This document shows positions 21,901 through 32,921 of a stretch of DNA of 64,000 nucleotides, one piece after another (within the stretch, counting starts at the first letter, position 1; each line of letters begins with the position of its first letter). Source of the stretch: an uncultured delta proteobacterium (GTDB taxonomy: Bacteria > Desulfobacterota > Binatia > UBA9968); the NCBI GenBank assembly GCA_963745835.1, contig CAVUZH010000019.1:192001-256000 (forward strand). Direction: 5' to 3'. The notes below the pieces were generated by a model that saw nothing but the letters and a program-made list of their open reading frames with translations, did not search any database and had not been told where the DNA came from. A program made the translations under genes and the position numbers.

Positions 21901-23411
21901 ACATCCTGCTGATTCTGCCGATCCTGATCCCGTTTTCAGCGGCGACGCTCTCACTGCTGGCCTGGCGCTCGCGGCGAAGCCAGCGGGTGCTGGGCGTGCT
22001 GGGAACGGCTCTGTTACTGGTTTCCGTGCTGATGTTGCTGCGATCGGTCTCGAGCGGCGGCATTCAAGTTGGTCAAATCGGCGCCTGGCCGGCGCCTTTC
22101 GGCATTACCATCGTCGCCGACCTTTTTAGCGCAATCATGCTGGTGCTTACCGGGCTCACCGGTTTGTCGGTGGCGGTCTATTCGACCGTGACCATGGATC
22201 GAGCGCGCGAGCGATTTGGTTATTATCCGCTCCTTCACGTCCTGTTGATGGGAGTCTGCGGCGCTTTCCTTGCGGGAGATCTCTTCAATCTTTACGTTTG
22301 GTTCGAAGTCATGCTGATGGCTTCTTTTGTGTTGATGGCATTGGGAGGGGAGCGCGCGCAAATGGAAGGCGCGATAAAATATGTGACCATCAATCTCATA
22401 GCGTCGGCTCTGTTTCTCGCCGCAGTCGGAATGCTTTACGGCGTGCTCGGAACGCTCAACATGGCCGATCTCGCGCAGAAGTTGAGAGATGCTCCGCGGC
22501 TCGATCTGCTGACCGCGATCGCCATGCTCTTTCTGGTTGCGTTCGGCATCAAGGCCGCGGTGTTTCCGTTTTTTTTCTGGCTTCCGGCCTCATACCATAC
22601 TCCACCCGTTGCGGTATCGGCGATCTTTGCCGGCCTGCTCACCAAAGTCGGCGTTTATGCGCTTATCCGCGTTTTCACTCTCTTGTTCGTTCAAGACCTG
22701 GGCTATACGCACACGATCATCCTGGTGCTGTCGGGGCTGACGATGGTCACCGGGGTTCTCGGCGCAGTGGCGCAGAACGAATTTCGCCGCGTCCTGTCGT
22801 TTCACATTATTAGTCAGATCGGTTACATGACTCTGGGTCTGGGGTTGTTTACGACGGCGGGCATCGCCGGATCGATCTTTTACATCGTTCACCACATCAT
22901 CGTTAAGACAAACCTCTTTCTTGTGAGCGGTGTCGTGTATCTCTTGCGCGGGACCTATGAGCTTAAAAATTTGGGCGGACTTTACTCTTCCAACCCCGCT
23001 CTTGGGATCCTATTCCTGATCCCGGCGCTTTCACTGGCCGGATTGCCTCCGCTCTCCGGTTTCTTTGCAAAGCTGACGATCGTGCAGGCAGGGCTGCAGT
23101 CCGAACAGTACGTCCTTGTTGCCACGGCTCTCGCGGTCGGCCTGCTTACGCTATTTTCCATGACAAAGATCTGGGCAGAGGTATTTTGGAAAGAAGCGCC
23201 CGATACGCCCGGCGCGGAGCAAGCGGCCGGAGCGATGGCGAAACGCGGGGGTTCAGGCTGGCTCCTCATAGGCCCGATCATTTCCATGGCGGCGATTACG
23301 ATTACCATCGGACTCGCCGTCGAGCCCGTCTATGTCTTGGCAACTCGCGCCGCCGAACAACTCATCGATCCGACCGAGTACATCGAGCGCGTTATGGAGA
23401 GGAGCTTTTGA
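21897..23411 (+). CDS. mrpD: Mrp antiporter subunit D
   Basis: [31 protein letters not shown] and GLPPLSGF motifs. Confidence 0.95.
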   Translation: MNILLILPILIPFSAATLSLLAWRSRRSQRVLGVLGTALLLVSVLMLLRSVSSGGIQVGQIGAWPAPFGITIVADLFSAIMLVLTGLTGLSVAVYSTVTMDRARERFGYYPLLHVLLMGVCGAFLAGDLFNLYVWFEVMLMASFVLMALGGERAQMEGAIKYVTINLIASALFLAAVGMLYGVLGTLNMADLAQKLRDAPRLDLLTAIAMLFLVAFGIKAAVFPFFFWLPASYHTPPVAVSAIFAGLLTKVGVYALIRVFTLLFVQDLGYTHTIILVLSGLTMVTGVLGAVAQNEFRRVLSFHIISQIGYMTLGLGLFTTAGIAGSIFYIVHHIIVKTNLFLVSGVVYLLRGTYELKNLGGLYSSNPALGILFLIPALSLAGLPPLSGFFAKLTIVQAGLQSEQYVLVATALAVGLLTLFSMTKIWAEVFWKEAPDTPGAEQAAGAMAKRGGSGWLLIGPIISMAAITITIGLAVEPVYVLATRAAEQLIDPTEYIERVMERSF

Positions 23412-23412
23412 A

Positions 23413-23881
23413 ATGTTTCTATGGAATATCTCGCTGGCCTTCATCTGGGCGGCGGTCACGGGGCATTTTACCTTGAGCAATGTGGCCGTTGGTATGATCC
23501 TGGGCTACGCGGTGCTTTTCGTCGCACACCCGCTCATGGGACCTTCCAACTATTTCACGCGCATCCACCATGCGCTTGGTTTTGCGGCTTTTTACATGTG
23601 GCAGATGATCATCTCCAACTTTCGCGTCGCTTATGATGTGTTGACGCCGCGGGCACGCGCCCGCACCCGGCGTTCTAGCGATACCATTGGAGGCGAAAAG
23701 CGATCTAGAGATTACCATGCTGGCCAACTTGATTACACTGACGCCCGGCAGCGTGAGTCTCGATGTGTCGAGCGACCGGCGGTTTCTATATTTGCACGCG
23801 ATGTACATCGACGACGTTGATAAGTACCGCGAAAACATCAAAAAAAGCTTTGAGCGAAGGGTCCTGGAGGTTTTGCGATGA
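23413..23881 (+). CDS. mrpE: Mrp antiporter subunit E (one frameshift near 23650-23665)
   Basis: [17 protein letters not shown]...VAYDVLTP continues in the +1 frame as PGVLAIPLE...[17 protein letters not shown]. Confidence 0.88.
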
Positions 23882-24159
23882 CACTGTCGGATTTCGTTTC
23901 CAACGCCTCGTACATTGCGCTGTGCATGATGGGCGTCGCCATCCTGCTTGCGGCGGTTCGCCTCATACGAGGGCCGAGCCTGCCGGATCGAGTGGTCGCT
24001 CTCGACCTCATCTCGATCTTGGTGGCCGGCGCTACCGCCATCTATGCGATTGCGAGCGGGCAAGCGGTGTTTCTCGACGTGGCGACGATTCTCGCATTGA
24101 TCTCATTCCTGGGAACTGTGGCGTTTGCGCGTTACATCGAAAAGCAGGTGTCGCAATGA
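23878..24159 (+). CDS. mrpF: Mrp antiporter subunit F
   Basis: [16 protein letters not shown] and [10 protein letters not shown] motifs. Confidence 0.95.
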   Translation: MTLSDFVSNASYIALCMMGVAILLAAVRLIRGPSLPDRVVALDLISILVAGATAIYAIASGQAVFLDVATILALISFLGTVAFARYIEKQVSQ

Positions 24160-24981
24160 ACGAAGCGGTCAGCGCGGCGCTTGATGATCTTCGGCGCCGC
24201 CTTCGCTCTTTTGGCAGGCGCCGGGGTCGTGCGCATGCCCGACTTGTTCATGCGCATGCAGGCGGCGACAAAGGCTTCTACTTTGGGCATTGGCTGTATC
24301 GTGCTTGCGGTGGCCGTTCACTTCGGCGAGCTCGGCGTCGCGACCCGCGCCCTGGCGACCATCGTCTTTGTTTTTTTGACGGCGCCGGTCTCCGCGCACA
24401 TGATCGCGCGGGCCTCTTACTTCGTCGGCGTCCCTTTATGGGAGGGAACCATCATCGACGAGTTGCGCGGCCATTATGACCGCCGTACCCATCGTTTGGC
24501 GCGCCCGGATGATCCGTATGCCGTGTTGCCCGCGACCGTCGATGCTAATCGCCTGGCCGGGCACGTGGTAGTCGTCGGTTACGGCCGTGTCGGCGGGCGC
24601 ATCGGCTCCGCGTTGGCCGCGAACGGCATCTCGTTCGTCGTCATCGAGGACACTCGTGAAATCGTCGAGAAGCTGCGCGAGAGTGATATCTCGGCGGTGT
24701 TCGGCAATGCCTCCGAGCCCTCCGTCCTGGTTCAAGCGCATTTGCATCAGGCGCGCATGTTGGTGGTCGCCGTGCCCGATACCGCGGACGTGCGCCGTAT
24801 GGTCGAGACCGCACGCACCGTGAATCCGCGCATCGAGGTGGTTGTGCGCACCCACCGTGATGAAGAGTTGGCATCTTTTGAAAAGGACATTGCCGGGAAG
24901 GTGTTCTTGGGCGAGCACGAGCTTGCCGTTACGATGACTCGGTATGTACTGGAGCGTTATGCGGCGCGGGCCGATGATTAG
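24156..24981 (+). CDS. mrpG: Mrp subunit G fused to a C-terminal RCK_N/TrkA_N (YbaL/Kef-type) domain; 1-nt frameshift near 24180 or start at 24184
   Basis: [19 protein letters not shown]...[13 protein letters not shown] (MrpG) runs in frame into [11 protein letters not shown]...AVFGNASEP...[14 protein letters not shown] (RCK_N). Confidence 0.88.
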
Positions 24982-25152
24982 CTATGATCGAGAAATCTAA
25001 TCGGCTTGAATTAACCTTTGCGAAGGGACGGGCATTGCGCCGGTAGTCCGATGCTGACGGAAGGGGAGTCCGGAAATGAAATATCCTTGCCGCTGCAAGA
25101 CAACCTTTTTTGAATCCTGCACTGCGACTACGAACCGTAACGGAGGACGACT

Positions 25153-26049
25153 GTGACCGCGGCGCAGAATGTGCCGAATCTAAGTAGAATTCTCGTCGCG
25201 ACCGATTTGTCGCCGCGCGCGCAGAAGGCTATAGCGCGCGCAATTATGTTGGCGGCTGAACAGGGAGCAGCACTGACGATCCTTCATGTCCTGACGGCCG
25301 AAACAGGAAATAAGGTCCGTCAGCGGCAGGTCGCTCTACAAGTGGAGAAAGATTTGCGCCGCGATATCGCAACGTTATCTTCCGCGCAGGACGGAAGGGC
25401 AACTATTCGGGTTGTTACCGGCACGCCGTTTGTGGAAATTATCCGCCGCGCCAGACAAGAAGCAGCCGATCTCATTTTAGTAGGGGCGCATGGAGCGCAA
25501 TTCATTAAGGACTTGTTGGTCGGTACCACCATGGAAAAAATAGTGCGCAAAGGAGATCGTCCGGTGCTGGCCGTCAAACGGCCGGTTCGTGCGCCATACC
25601 ACCGTGTCCTGGTGGCAACGGATTTCTCCGACCCATCGCGACAAGCGCTGAGGCTCGGCCTGAGGCTTGCGCCCGGGGCTAAAATCTATCTCCTGCACGC
25701 CTATCAGGGACTTGAGGGACAGCTGTGGAGGGCCGATATGACAAAGTCCCAGATCCTGCGTTATCGTCATCGGGTGGCGCAACAGAGCCGAGAACAAATG
25801 AAAGATTTCATTCGGCGTATGGATCTGAACGGCAGGTCAATCGTGCGGCTGCTGCGATACGGGCGAGCGCCCCACGTTATCACCGCCGCCGCGCAACGTT
25901 TGCGCCCCGAGCTGGTATGTGTCGGCAGTGTAGGTCGAACGGGACTGCCGCAAATTTTGCTCGGCAGTGTGGCCGAACATGTGCTCCGGGAAGTCTCTTG
26001 CGATATACTGGTGGCGCGGTCCGGCTCGTTAAGTTTTGAACTGCCCTAG
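25153..26049 (+). CDS. Universal stress protein (tandem Usp domains)
   Basis: RILVATDLS...DLILVGAHG...VGTT, then RVLVATDFS...LLGSVAEHVLR. Confidence 0.92.
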   Translation: MTAAQNVPNLSRILVATDLSPRAQKAIARAIMLAAEQGAALTILHVLTAETGNKVRQRQVALQVEKDLRRDIATLSSAQDGRATIRVVTGTPFVEIIRRARQEAADLILVGAHGAQFIKDLLVGTTMEKIVRKGDRPVLAVKRPVRAPYHRVLVATDFSDPSRQALRLGLRLAPGAKIYLLHAYQGLEGQLWRADMTKSQILRYRHRVAQQSREQMKDFIRRMDLNGRSIVRLLRYGRAPHVITAAAQRLRPELVCVGSVGRTGLPQILLGSVAEHVLREVSCDILVARSGSLSFELP

Positions 26050-26327
26050 CCTAATAGCGCATTCCACCCGCTTCCCGAGGTCGCCACAAGCGCAATCGCG
26101 CTTGGCATGCGAGCACCACCGGAATCATCACTAAAGTTCGAACTAGTCATGGAGTATCCGCGGCTCAAATCGCCCCCTGGATGGGCACCGCTTCGGCAAT
26201 ACCGGACTTGAAGAGCGATTGTTCCCGGTCCGTGGAGCCGTCTAGAAAACCACTCTTAGCGTGCTAACTCATCTATGAGCTTCAGGTTCGCTTCTATGCA
26301 GCCTAGAAACTGGCATATGATGCGACA

Positions 26328-27443
26328 CTAAAAATCCAGGTGCAGCCCCGGTCCGAAATATTCAACCTTTCTGTTAAAGAACTGGCCGTTGGGAGAATGT
26401 CCCTTGTAATATTCAACCAGTAGACTGATCTTCCGGCCAAGCCTCTGAGCTCTTTCAAATTGAAGGCCGCCGCGGACCGAGACTTCCGTGCTCCAATTGT
26501 TCTCTTCCCTGTTTTGCAGGTCCAAGGCCGTAACGAATCGCGCTGAGTCCGCCCAAAATCTCCACGGCGTTTGCAGTTCGATACCGCCCTGTGTTGACCA
26601 GGGTTTAAGATCTGAGGGATCTCGGTGAACCAGGTAAGCGCCGCCACCGTAAAGGCGCAGCCAATCGAAAAGTGTGTAAGACAACTTCAGGTCCAGGCCT
26701 TCGAAGCTGAGATTGATGCGATCGATTCGGTTGCGCAGAAGGAACTCGTCGCCTAGATGCGAGCTCTGATGAAAGACGCGAAAAAACGTCGACAGATCAC
26801 CTATCCGGTACGTCGCGTACAGCCCGGCGAAAAAGTCGCTGTTGACCAGATCAAACGATGACGAGTCCAGGTCAAAGATCGAAAATACACCGGCCTGAAA
26901 GCCGACCTCCCACAGTCCGTTGTAAGGGCCGCGCTCACGGTAAAGGGCAATGGTTTCACCAAAGTTCGCCGAGGCCACATTTGTCGCTTCATCGGTAAAA
27001 TACCGATAACCGATCGAGAAGCGCGGCCAGCGTGGATCAGCAATCAGCGGCTCAAAAAGATTGCCGCCTGGCAGAAAGGCTAGCTCGTATTCAGGTTTGA
27101 CGGACTGCTGTAATGAAGCAGACTGTGTTGCCGATGGTTGCGGGATCGATGTGGCCACTTCAACTCCACGGGAATCGAGGATCGCAACCCGCTTAACTCC
27201 ATCGATCGAGGATAGAGCAGCGATGACCTTGCCGTGATCCGCTTCGGTCAGATCTCCGGATGTCACCGTAACGGTTTCGCCGGCAACGTTCACGAAGAAA
27301 CTCTTTAGGCGAAATTCTCTCGCCAAGAGGGCGGACGCATAGCCACGAATGAAATCATCGCTGGTAGCCGCCGGCACGACAAACGGAAAACACAGGAGCA
27401 AGATCACCAGAGCCTGAAAAAGTTTTGCCGGTTTCTGCGTCAT
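26328..27443 (-). CDS. DUF1207-like exported/outer-membrane protein
   Basis: Signal peptide; LFEPLIADPRWP, DLVNSDF, FHQSSHLGDEF and YYKGHSPNGQF motifs; ends in Phe. Confidence 0.8.
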   Translation of the reverse strand: MTQKPAKLFQALVILLLCFPFVVPAATSDDFIRGYASALLAREFRLKSFFVNVAGETVTVTSGDLTEADHGKVIAALSSIDGVKRVAILDSRGVEVATSIPQPSATQSASLQQSVKPEYELAFLPGGNLFEPLIADPRWPRFSIGYRYFTDEATNVASANFGETIALYRERGPYNGLWEVGFQAGVFSIFDLDSSSFDLVNSDFFAGLYATYRIGDLSTFFRVFHQSSHLGDEFLLRNRIDRINLSFEGLDLKLSYTLFDWLRLYGGGAYLVHRDPSDLKPWSTQGGIELQTPWRFWADSARFVTALDLQNREENNWSTEVSVRGGLQFERAQRLGRKISLLVEYYKGHSPNGQFFNRKVEYFGPGLHLDF

Positions 27444-27608
27444 TGCGTTCTCCTTGCTACAGGGGCGACGGTTGGTTTTTCTGCGATCCTTTCACTGGGT
27501 TCGATCATAGCGGCGCCGCGTCATGATCAAGCGCGCTTTTTTGAACTGTTCCGTAAAATCGCTGATCGATCGCGTCCTGCCAGCAACCGCAGAATCCTGC
27601 GGAGCACA

Positions 27609-27932
27609 TCACGACGACGCTTCGATCTCGCGAATTCGCTGCACCTTATCCAAGTCGAGGACGGTGATAATGCCGTCACCGCGATTTCCCGTACGCGCCG
27701 CGCGATCAATCTGATGATTTCGTCACAGCGCTCCTCCGGGCAAACTACTTCGAGCTTCAATGCCGCCGGCAAATGATGAATTTCGAATGGACGGTCGAAT
27801 AAAGAAACGTCGGCCGTTCACTGCGTATTCCATGCACCCGATAACAGGTAATTCCCCCGATGCCGGCGCTGTACAGATCGCGCATGACGTCGGCGGAGAT
27901 TCGGTGCGGATGTATGCGATGATCATTTTCAT
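27609..27932 (-). pseudogene. P-II family (GlnB-like) regulator, multiply frameshifted
   Basis: Pieces MKMIIAYIR / SADVMRDLYSAGIGGITCYRVHG / LKLEVVCPEERCDEIIRLI / ARTGNRGDGIITVLDLDKVQRIR lie in different frames. Confidence 0.8.
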
Positions 27933-28051
27933 GATTCACCCCTTCTCTCATCGAAAGACAGCGTCATGCTCATGGCTGTTTATCCGGAGCTTTAACTGCA
28001 GGAACAACCCCCCGGACAAACCGTGCTTTGTTTTACGGCCGGCGCAGATCA

Positions 28052-30490
28052 TCAATTTCGAACAGGCGCTTCGACGCCTGTGTCGATGTTGTCGCCTTCG
28101 GTTGAATCCAGATGAGCAGAGCGCTGTTTGTTCCCCCACGTCCAGCCGCTGATCTCGGGCGCGTCCTCGCCGTGCTCGTAGATGTATTCCTTATGATCGA
28201 TAAGCGCGTCGCGCAGCGCTTGTTTCGCGTAGGCCGCGCATGCGCCTAGCTGCGGCAGCCGATCGATCACGTCTTGCACCAGATGATAACGGTCCAGATC
28301 ATTGAGCACGCACATATCGAACGGCGTGGTCGTGGTCCCTTCTTCTTTGTAGCCACGCACGTGCAAATTGTCGTGATTGGTGCGCCGGTAGGTCAGGCGA
28401 TGAATCAGCCATGGGTAGCCGTGAAAAGCAAAAATGATCGGCTTGTTCTTCGTGAACAGCGCATCGAAGTCCTTGTCGCTCAAACCGTGTGGGTGCTCAT
28501 GCGACGATTGCAACGTCATCAGATCGACCACGTTGATGACTCTGACCTTGAGCTCGGGAATGTGACGGCGCAGCAGCTCTACCGCTGCAAGCGTTTCGAG
28601 GGTCGGCACGTCGCCGCAGCAGGCCATCACCACGTCCGGCTCCTCGCCGCGGTCGTTGCTCGCCCATTCCCAGATGCCGATGCCGGCGGTGCAGTGTTTT
28701 ACCGCCTGGTCCATATTGAGCCACTGTGGAGCCGGTTGTTTCCCGGCAACAATAACGTTGACGTAGTTGCGGCTACGCAGGCAGTGATCCGTTACCGAAA
28801 GCAGGCAGTTGGCGTCCGGCGGCAGATAGACCCGCACGACCTCGGCTTTTTTATTGACCACGTGATCGATGAACCCCGGATCCTGATGACTAAAGCCATT
28901 GTGATCCTGTCGCCATACATGAGAGGACAGTAAATAGTTGAGCGATGCGATGGGCCTACGCCAGGGGATGTCGTTACACACCTTTAACCATTTAGCGTGC
29001 TGGTTGAACATCGAGTCGACGATATGAATGAAAGCCTCGTAACAGGAGAAAAAGCCGTGCCGGCCCGTCAGGAGATAGCCTTCGAGCCAACCCTGGCACT
29101 GGTGCTCGCTCAGCATTTCCATCAGCCGTCCATCCGGAGCCAGTTTATCGTCATAGTCGAAGCGCTCCGCCATCCAAGCGCGGTTGGTTACTTCGAGCAC
29201 GTCTTGCCAGCGGTTCGAGTTATTTTCGTCCGGACTGAACAGGCGAAAATTCTTGCTATCGAGATTGAGCTTCATCACGTCGCGCAGGTATCGGCCTTGA
29301 ACCCGGGTGGCCTCAGCTGTTTCCGATCCCGGTTCTGATACTTCTACTTCGTAAGTTCGAAAGTCCGGAAGTCGCAGCCCTCTAAGCAGTATGCCGCCGT
29401 TGGTGTGCGGGTTCGCGCTCATGCGCCGCTCGCCTTTTGGCGCCAGCGCGGCGATTTCGCTCTTCAATCGTCCACCTTCTTCGAACAGCTCTTCGGGCTT
29501 GTAACTCTTCATCCATTGTTCGAGAATCTTTACGTGAGCGGGATTGCTGTGCATTTCGCCCATGGGAACCTGATGGGAGCGCCAGTAATCTTCCGTGCGC
29601 TTGCCGTCGATCTCCTTTGGACACGTCCAGCCTTTCGGGCTACGCAACACGATCATGGGCCAGCGCGGCCGATTTCCACTCCCCTTATCGCCTCTTGCTT
29701 CACTCTGGATCTGTTTAATCTCATCAACGACCCGGTCCAGGGTAGCGGCCATCAGTTGATGCATCTTTTCCGGTTCATGCCCTTCGACGAAATAGGGCGT
29801 GTAGCCATAGCCGCGAAACAATTGCTCCAGCTCCTCGTGACTGATCCGCGCCAGCATCGTGGGACTGGCGATCTTATAACCGTTTAGGTGCAAGATCGGC
29901 AGCACCGCACCGTCGTTGACCGGGTTCAAGAATTTGTTCGAATGCCAGCTCGTCGCCAATGCGCCGGTTTCCGCTTCTCCATCACCAATGACGCAAGCGA
30001 CGATCAGATCAGGATTGTCGAAGGCAGCGCCATAAGCATGCGCAAGGGAATAGCCCAATTCGCCACCCTCATTGATCGATCCGGGAGTTTCGGGGGCCAC
30101 GTGGCTGGGTATACCGCCTGGAAACGAGAATTGCTTGAAAAGCTTCTTCATTCCTTCCGCATCGGTTGAAATGTGAGGATAAACTTCGCTGTAGGTTCCC
30201 TCTAGATAGGCGTTGGCGACCAAAGCAGGTCCGCCATGTCCCGGGCCCGTGATGTAAATCATGTCCAGGTCGCGCGCCTTGATCACCCGATTGAGATGAG
30301 CATAGATAAAATTCAGGCCCGGCGTGGTTCCCCAATGACCCAACAGACGGGGCTTGATGTGCTTTTTGCTGAGCGCTTGTCTCAACAGCGGATTGTCATA
30401 AAGATAAATCTGGCCAACCGATAAATAATTCGCTGCGCGCCAGTAGGCATCCAGCAGCTTCAACTGTTCCTTGGATAATGTATCGGGCAT
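28052..30490 (-). CDS. xfp: Phosphoketolase (Xfp/Xpk)
   Basis: [26 protein letters not shown] and [14 protein letters not shown] motifs. Confidence 0.97.
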   Translation of the reverse strand: MPDTLSKEQLKLLDAYWRAANYLSVGQIYLYDNPLLRQALSKKHIKPRLLGHWGTTPGLNFIYAHLNRVIKARDLDMIYITGPGHGGPALVANAYLEGTYSEVYPHISTDAEGMKKLFKQFSFPGGIPSHVAPETPGSINEGGELGYSLAHAYGAAFDNPDLIVACVIGDGEAETGALATSWHSNKFLNPVNDGAVLPILHLNGYKIASPTMLARISHEELEQLFRGYGYTPYFVEGHEPEKMHQLMAATLDRVVDEIKQIQSEARGDKGSGNRPRWPMIVLRSPKGWTCPKEIDGKRTEDYWRSHQVPMGEMHSNPAHVKILEQWMKSYKPEELFEEGGRLKSEIAALAPKGERRMSANPHTNGGILLRGLRLPDFRTYEVEVSEPGSETAEATRVQGRYLRDVMKLNLDSKNFRLFSPDENNSNRWQDVLEVTNRAWMAERFDYDDKLAPDGRLMEMLSEHQCQGWLEGYLLTGRHGFFSCYEAFIHIVDSMFNQHAKWLKVCNDIPWRRPIASLNYLLSSHVWRQDHNGFSHQDPGFIDHVVNKKAEVVRVYLPPDANCLLSVTDHCLRSRNYVNVIVAGKQPAPQWLNMDQAVKHCTAGIGIWEWASNDRGEEPDVVMACCGDVPTLETLAAVELLRRHIPELKVRVINVVDLMTLQSSHEHPHGLSDKDFDALFTKNKPIIFAFHGYPWLIHRLTYRRTNHDNLHVRGYKEEGTTTTPFDMCVLNDLDRYHLVQDVIDRLPQLGACAAYAKQALRDALIDHKEYIYEHGEDAPEISGWTWGNKQRSAHLDSTEGDNIDTGVEAPVRN

Positions 30491-30791
30491 AGCGTCCTCC
30501 TCTCAGGTTCAATCTATCCGACACAGCCGCCAGAGCAACGGAGTTTCCAATCAATTGCCAAAAACTAGGATGCGTGAGCTCCACGGAACGAGTCGACATT
30601 CCATGCTTTCACCGCCATCGCGGGCCAGTAGCCGGCCGCCGCAACGCACAATGCCCGAGCAAGGATGGATCAACATTGGTTGGACAATTGACTATGATGA
30701 GGAGATGCCGGGGACGTTGTCACAACAATCTGTGGTGCGATTGCGCCGAAGTCGCTTCGATGGATTTCAATGTGACTTTTTTCTTTACGAC

Positions 30792-31742
30792 TTAATACCC
30801 CGGCAAGGCCGCCGCTGCGGGATGAAATAGCGTCGTATAATCGATCCGCGTCGGCGACAAACCTTGCTCATGCCCATATTGGGTCATCGCCTCCAGCACG
30901 GTTCTGTTATTCTCGATGTTGTACGCCCAATAGTTTTCGCCCATCAGATCACGCTGCTCGGCCACGGCAGCAGCCATCCACGAATAGATGATGATTTGCG
31001 GATCCGCGCCTTCGAGACGTTCAAAGGCGATGTCGCGCGACCGTCGAAACGCATTTAACAGCGCGACCGGCGCGCTTGGATTGCGATCGACGAATTCCTG
31101 CTTCAGTGTAACGATGTGGCTGGTGGGAAAAATCCCGGTCTTTCTAAAGTAATTTTGTTCCTCGCTGGGATAGTCACGAAATAGCCGGCGGGTGCGCGGA
31201 TCGCGCACCGAAATTGACCGAAGAATATTGGGGCCGATGACCGCGTCGATCTTTCCTTCGACGAGCAGGTTGTCCAGGATGGTATCGGCATCGCCGGCGC
31301 CGTCGAGCTTCTGGATGCGAATGCCCTCGGCCACGCCTTCTCTCGTCACGCGCGGCGCCAGCCAGTCGATATTTTTTAAGTCCACGCCGTAATAATGCTG
31401 CAGCGCGCCGCGCGCCCACACCCCCGCCGTGTTGTCCCACTGCATGATGCCGACCCGTCGTCCTTGCAAATCTTTCGCCGTCTCGATGCCGGCTTTGCTG
31501 TTGACGAAAATATAAGCCAGGCGAAATTTTCGATTGGGAAATGCCGGGATGGAGATATGCGGCACTGCCTGGGCGTAGTCACGCACTCGCGCCGCGAAGC
31601 CGCAGTCCCAGGCGTCAGCCGCCCCTTCATTCGGCACGAACTCCCAGTCGAAGCCTTCGATTTTCACTGTGCCGTCGGTGATCGGAATGTTGGTGTCGAT
31701 GGTCGGCTCACGAAAATAAAATTTCAGTTTCGGATTGGCCAT
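30792..31742 (-). CDS. 4,5-dihydroxyphthalate decarboxylase-like protein (PBP2 fold)
   Basis: IPAFPNRKFR, TAGVWARGALQHYYG.D, EQNYFRKTGIFP.SH and NRTVLE....HEQGL motifs. Confidence 0.75.
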   Translation of the reverse strand: MANPKLKFYFREPTIDTNIPITDGTVKIEGFDWEFVPNEGAADAWDCGFAARVRDYAQAVPHISIPAFPNRKFRLAYIFVNSKAGIETAKDLQGRRVGIMQWDNTAGVWARGALQHYYGVDLKNIDWLAPRVTREGVAEGIRIQKLDGAGDADTILDNLLVEGKIDAVIGPNILRSISVRDPRTRRLFRDYPSEEQNYFRKTGIFPTSHIVTLKQEFVDRNPSAPVALLNAFRRSRDIAFERLEGADPQIIIYSWMAAAVAEQRDLMGENYWAYNIENNRTVLEAMTQYGHEQGLSPTRIDYTTLFHPAAAALPGY

Positions 31743-31999
31743 GGTCTTGTTCTCCTTCCGTCGATCATCGCAAAGGTGCTGCGGCAACGGTCAGCTTTTA
31801 TCATCTAACTTTTCCGGCGCAAAGCCGGTCTGGAAAATTGTTTTCTTTTCGGATAGCTGTTAGCCGAGCATGAGACAGATTGATCCGATCGGACGCCATA
31901 CCAGATCGATCTTCAAGTCGGATACTGGAGGATTTGGTTTGTTCCGGTAATCTGCGGCATAAACTCAGCGATTGGCACGTCAACAAAACGGAGAAGCTC

Positions 32000-32890
32000 A
32001 TGGCAACCCTAGCTGAATTACAAAAAACCGTGAAGGGATTGGTGATGCCGATTCCGGCAGTATTCGATGGCAAGGGAGAACCGGACCTGCCGATGATGGC
32101 AGAGCTAACCCAGTGGTATCTCGACACCGGTGTGCACGGATTTTTTATTCTCGGCTCGCAAGGCCAACGCCCCGCCACCACCATCGAACAACGCAAAGCA
32201 ATTGTGAGTCGGTCGTGCGCCGCGTCAATAAACGGCTTCCCTGCATCGTTCAGATCGGCGCTGTCGAACCTTATATCAGCATCGAGCTCGGCCACCATGC
32301 CAGAGAGATCGGCACCGACGGCGTTGGCATCGTTGGACCGTACTACTATAGCGATCGAAACGAATGGGAGATCATCGAGCATTTCAAGGCCGTCGCAAAG
32401 AAGTCAACATGCCGATCCTGCTTTACAATAATCCCGAATACTCCGGTTATCCGATCCCGCCGGCGATGATGAAGAAAATGCGTGACGAGATGCCGAACAT
32501 CTATGCCGCAAAGCTTGCCATGGGCAACATAGATTTGGCAGTCAATTACCTGCGCTTGCTGTCGCGCGACTTCGTCATCTTCATTCCAATCACGCAGATG
32601 TTGCCCGGCATGCTGATCGGCGTCGCCGGCAGTATCGCCGCCGGCACCCCGTTACAGCTCCGGAAGCCGGCGTGCAATTGATCGAAGCGATCTGGGCCAA
32701 GGATTTTAAAAGAGCGCAGAAAATACAAGTCTTGCTGCTCTCGAGGATGGCGAACGGATAGCGCTGTTGTCGGCGGAGCATATGACGCTTTACCAGGAGG
32801 CCATGGAGCGCTTCCTCGACGAGCTCGCCACACTCACCCCGGCGCCAAAGAAAAAACTCGCGGTGTAGAGCGCCAATCATCGATCGAGCG
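32000..32890 (+). pseudogene. DHDPS/NAL-family class I aldolase, several frameshifts
   Basis: GVHGFFILGSQG / GTDGVGIVGPYYY / PILLYNNP...IYAAKLA (Schiff-base Lys) are split over at least 3 frames. The end is approximate. Confidence 0.8.
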
Positions 32891-32921
32891 TAAAACTGGG
32901 AAAGGCGAAAGGACTAGAGAA

